Assembly (NCBI GenBank): GCA_038087875.1
Contig: CM076000.1
Location: 1,178,001 to 1,242,000 of the forward strand
Source: Malacoraja senta
Lineage: Eukaryota
DNA length: 64,000 bases
Reading direction: 5' to 3'
The translations under genes were made by a program, and so were the position numbers. The notes under the pieces are model-generated. The model saw nothing but the letters and a program-made list of their open reading frames with translations, did no database searches and was not told the DNA's origin. This document shows positions 62,941-64,000 of this stretch, piece after piece. Numbering within the stretch: position 1 is the stretch's first letter; each line of letters starts with the position of its first letter.

Positions 62941-64000
62941 ACTTCATTGGGGGATGGGTGTAACAAATGAACTGCAACACATGCAGCCATGTGACTCTCC
63001 AAACAAGTGACAATTTATTTCAAAAGAAGTCTTGCATTTTATGCATCTTTCATGTTCCTTTCAGGGCACCATGAACCACTTTACAACCAAATTAAGTTCT
63101 GTTGAATTATAGCCACCGTTAAGATATTGCTACCAATTTGCACACACAAACAGCAGTGAAATAGAAACCAGACAACTCCTTTGGGGAAAAAAAGGATGTG
63201 GCACGGGTTAAGAGAAATAATTCTCTTATCCCAAGAGAACCCACGGGGTCACAGAGAGAACGTGTAAACTCCACACAGACAGCACCCGAGGTCAGGATCA
63301 AACCCAGGTCTCTGGTCCTTTATGGCAGCAACTTTACAGCTGCACTACCGTGCCATTCTTCAATGAACTATATTAATACATAGGCTTTCCTTCTGCTTGG
63401 ATATTGCAAGTCCCATTTGAACTACTATACCATAAGTTCAATGACCTGCACAGCGTATGTATTCCCACATAAGAAGAGCAGGCTTTAACAAAATTAGATG
63501 AAGAGGAGGAAAAAAAAATCTGCAAGCAGTGCTCAGTTCGAACCACAAAGTTGTCATAATGAATGTCAAATCAGGAACAGAAAGCAGAACAAATCCGGGA
63601 AGGTTTGTATTCAAAGAGAAAGAAACACTGAAATACTTAATGTTTTAAATCACCAACAATAAGTAATGAGACACCACACAAAAAAAAATTCCAGCAGCAC
63701 AATAGTCAGTTGAAACTGTTAAAAGGGCATGGACAAGCCTCAACGTTTTTCTGAAACGCTCTTTGGAGGTAAGTGTAGGATCTAGAAGTGGGATGCCATT
63801 CTGGAACATTTTGCAAGCACAATTTTGTAAACCCAAAAGGCTGGGCAAAATGCATTATAGTATGCATTCTAGAATGCATTCTCTGGCACAGAATAGCCTA
63901 CCAGGGCAAAATAAATTCAGACGCGCCACAACTATTTTAAAAGTGTTATTTAATGCAATAAACTCAGCTAAGATAGCTTTACACAGCTTTGTAGAGTGAA

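Overview
Vertebrate genomic DNA. The repeat complement (CR1 LINEs, HE1/V-SINE-like SINEs, Penelope-derived hairpins) points to a cartilaginous fish, probably a skate or ray; this is an inference. The window lies inside one minus-strand host gene, TBC1D8 (GRAM-GRAM-TBC Rab-GAP). Thirteen coding exons (2-14) were traced, all with GT-AG boundaries and consistent phases; exon 1 was not found and the last exons lie beyond position 1. The introns are full of mobile elements: CR1 (one copy with an open 670-aa ORF2 segment), Rex1/Babar, L1, Tx1, a Penelope GIY-YIG fragment, a full-length inactivated Passport-type Tc1 plus a solo TIR, an internally deleted CGGBP1-like hAT, six PIF/Harbinger-type MITEs and GC-rich non-autonomous retroelements. 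The most notable structure is at 56101-59236: a putative non-autonomous Academ-like DNA transposon (TAG..CTA ends, ATT target duplication, about 140 bp of imperfect inverted ends). It carries a captured, micro-deleted ZFP36/TTP-family fragment and a second unidentified coding fragment. A Harbinger MITE nested in it has itself captured a Hero-type retrotransposon fragment. There is a 200-N assembly gap at 28567-28766.
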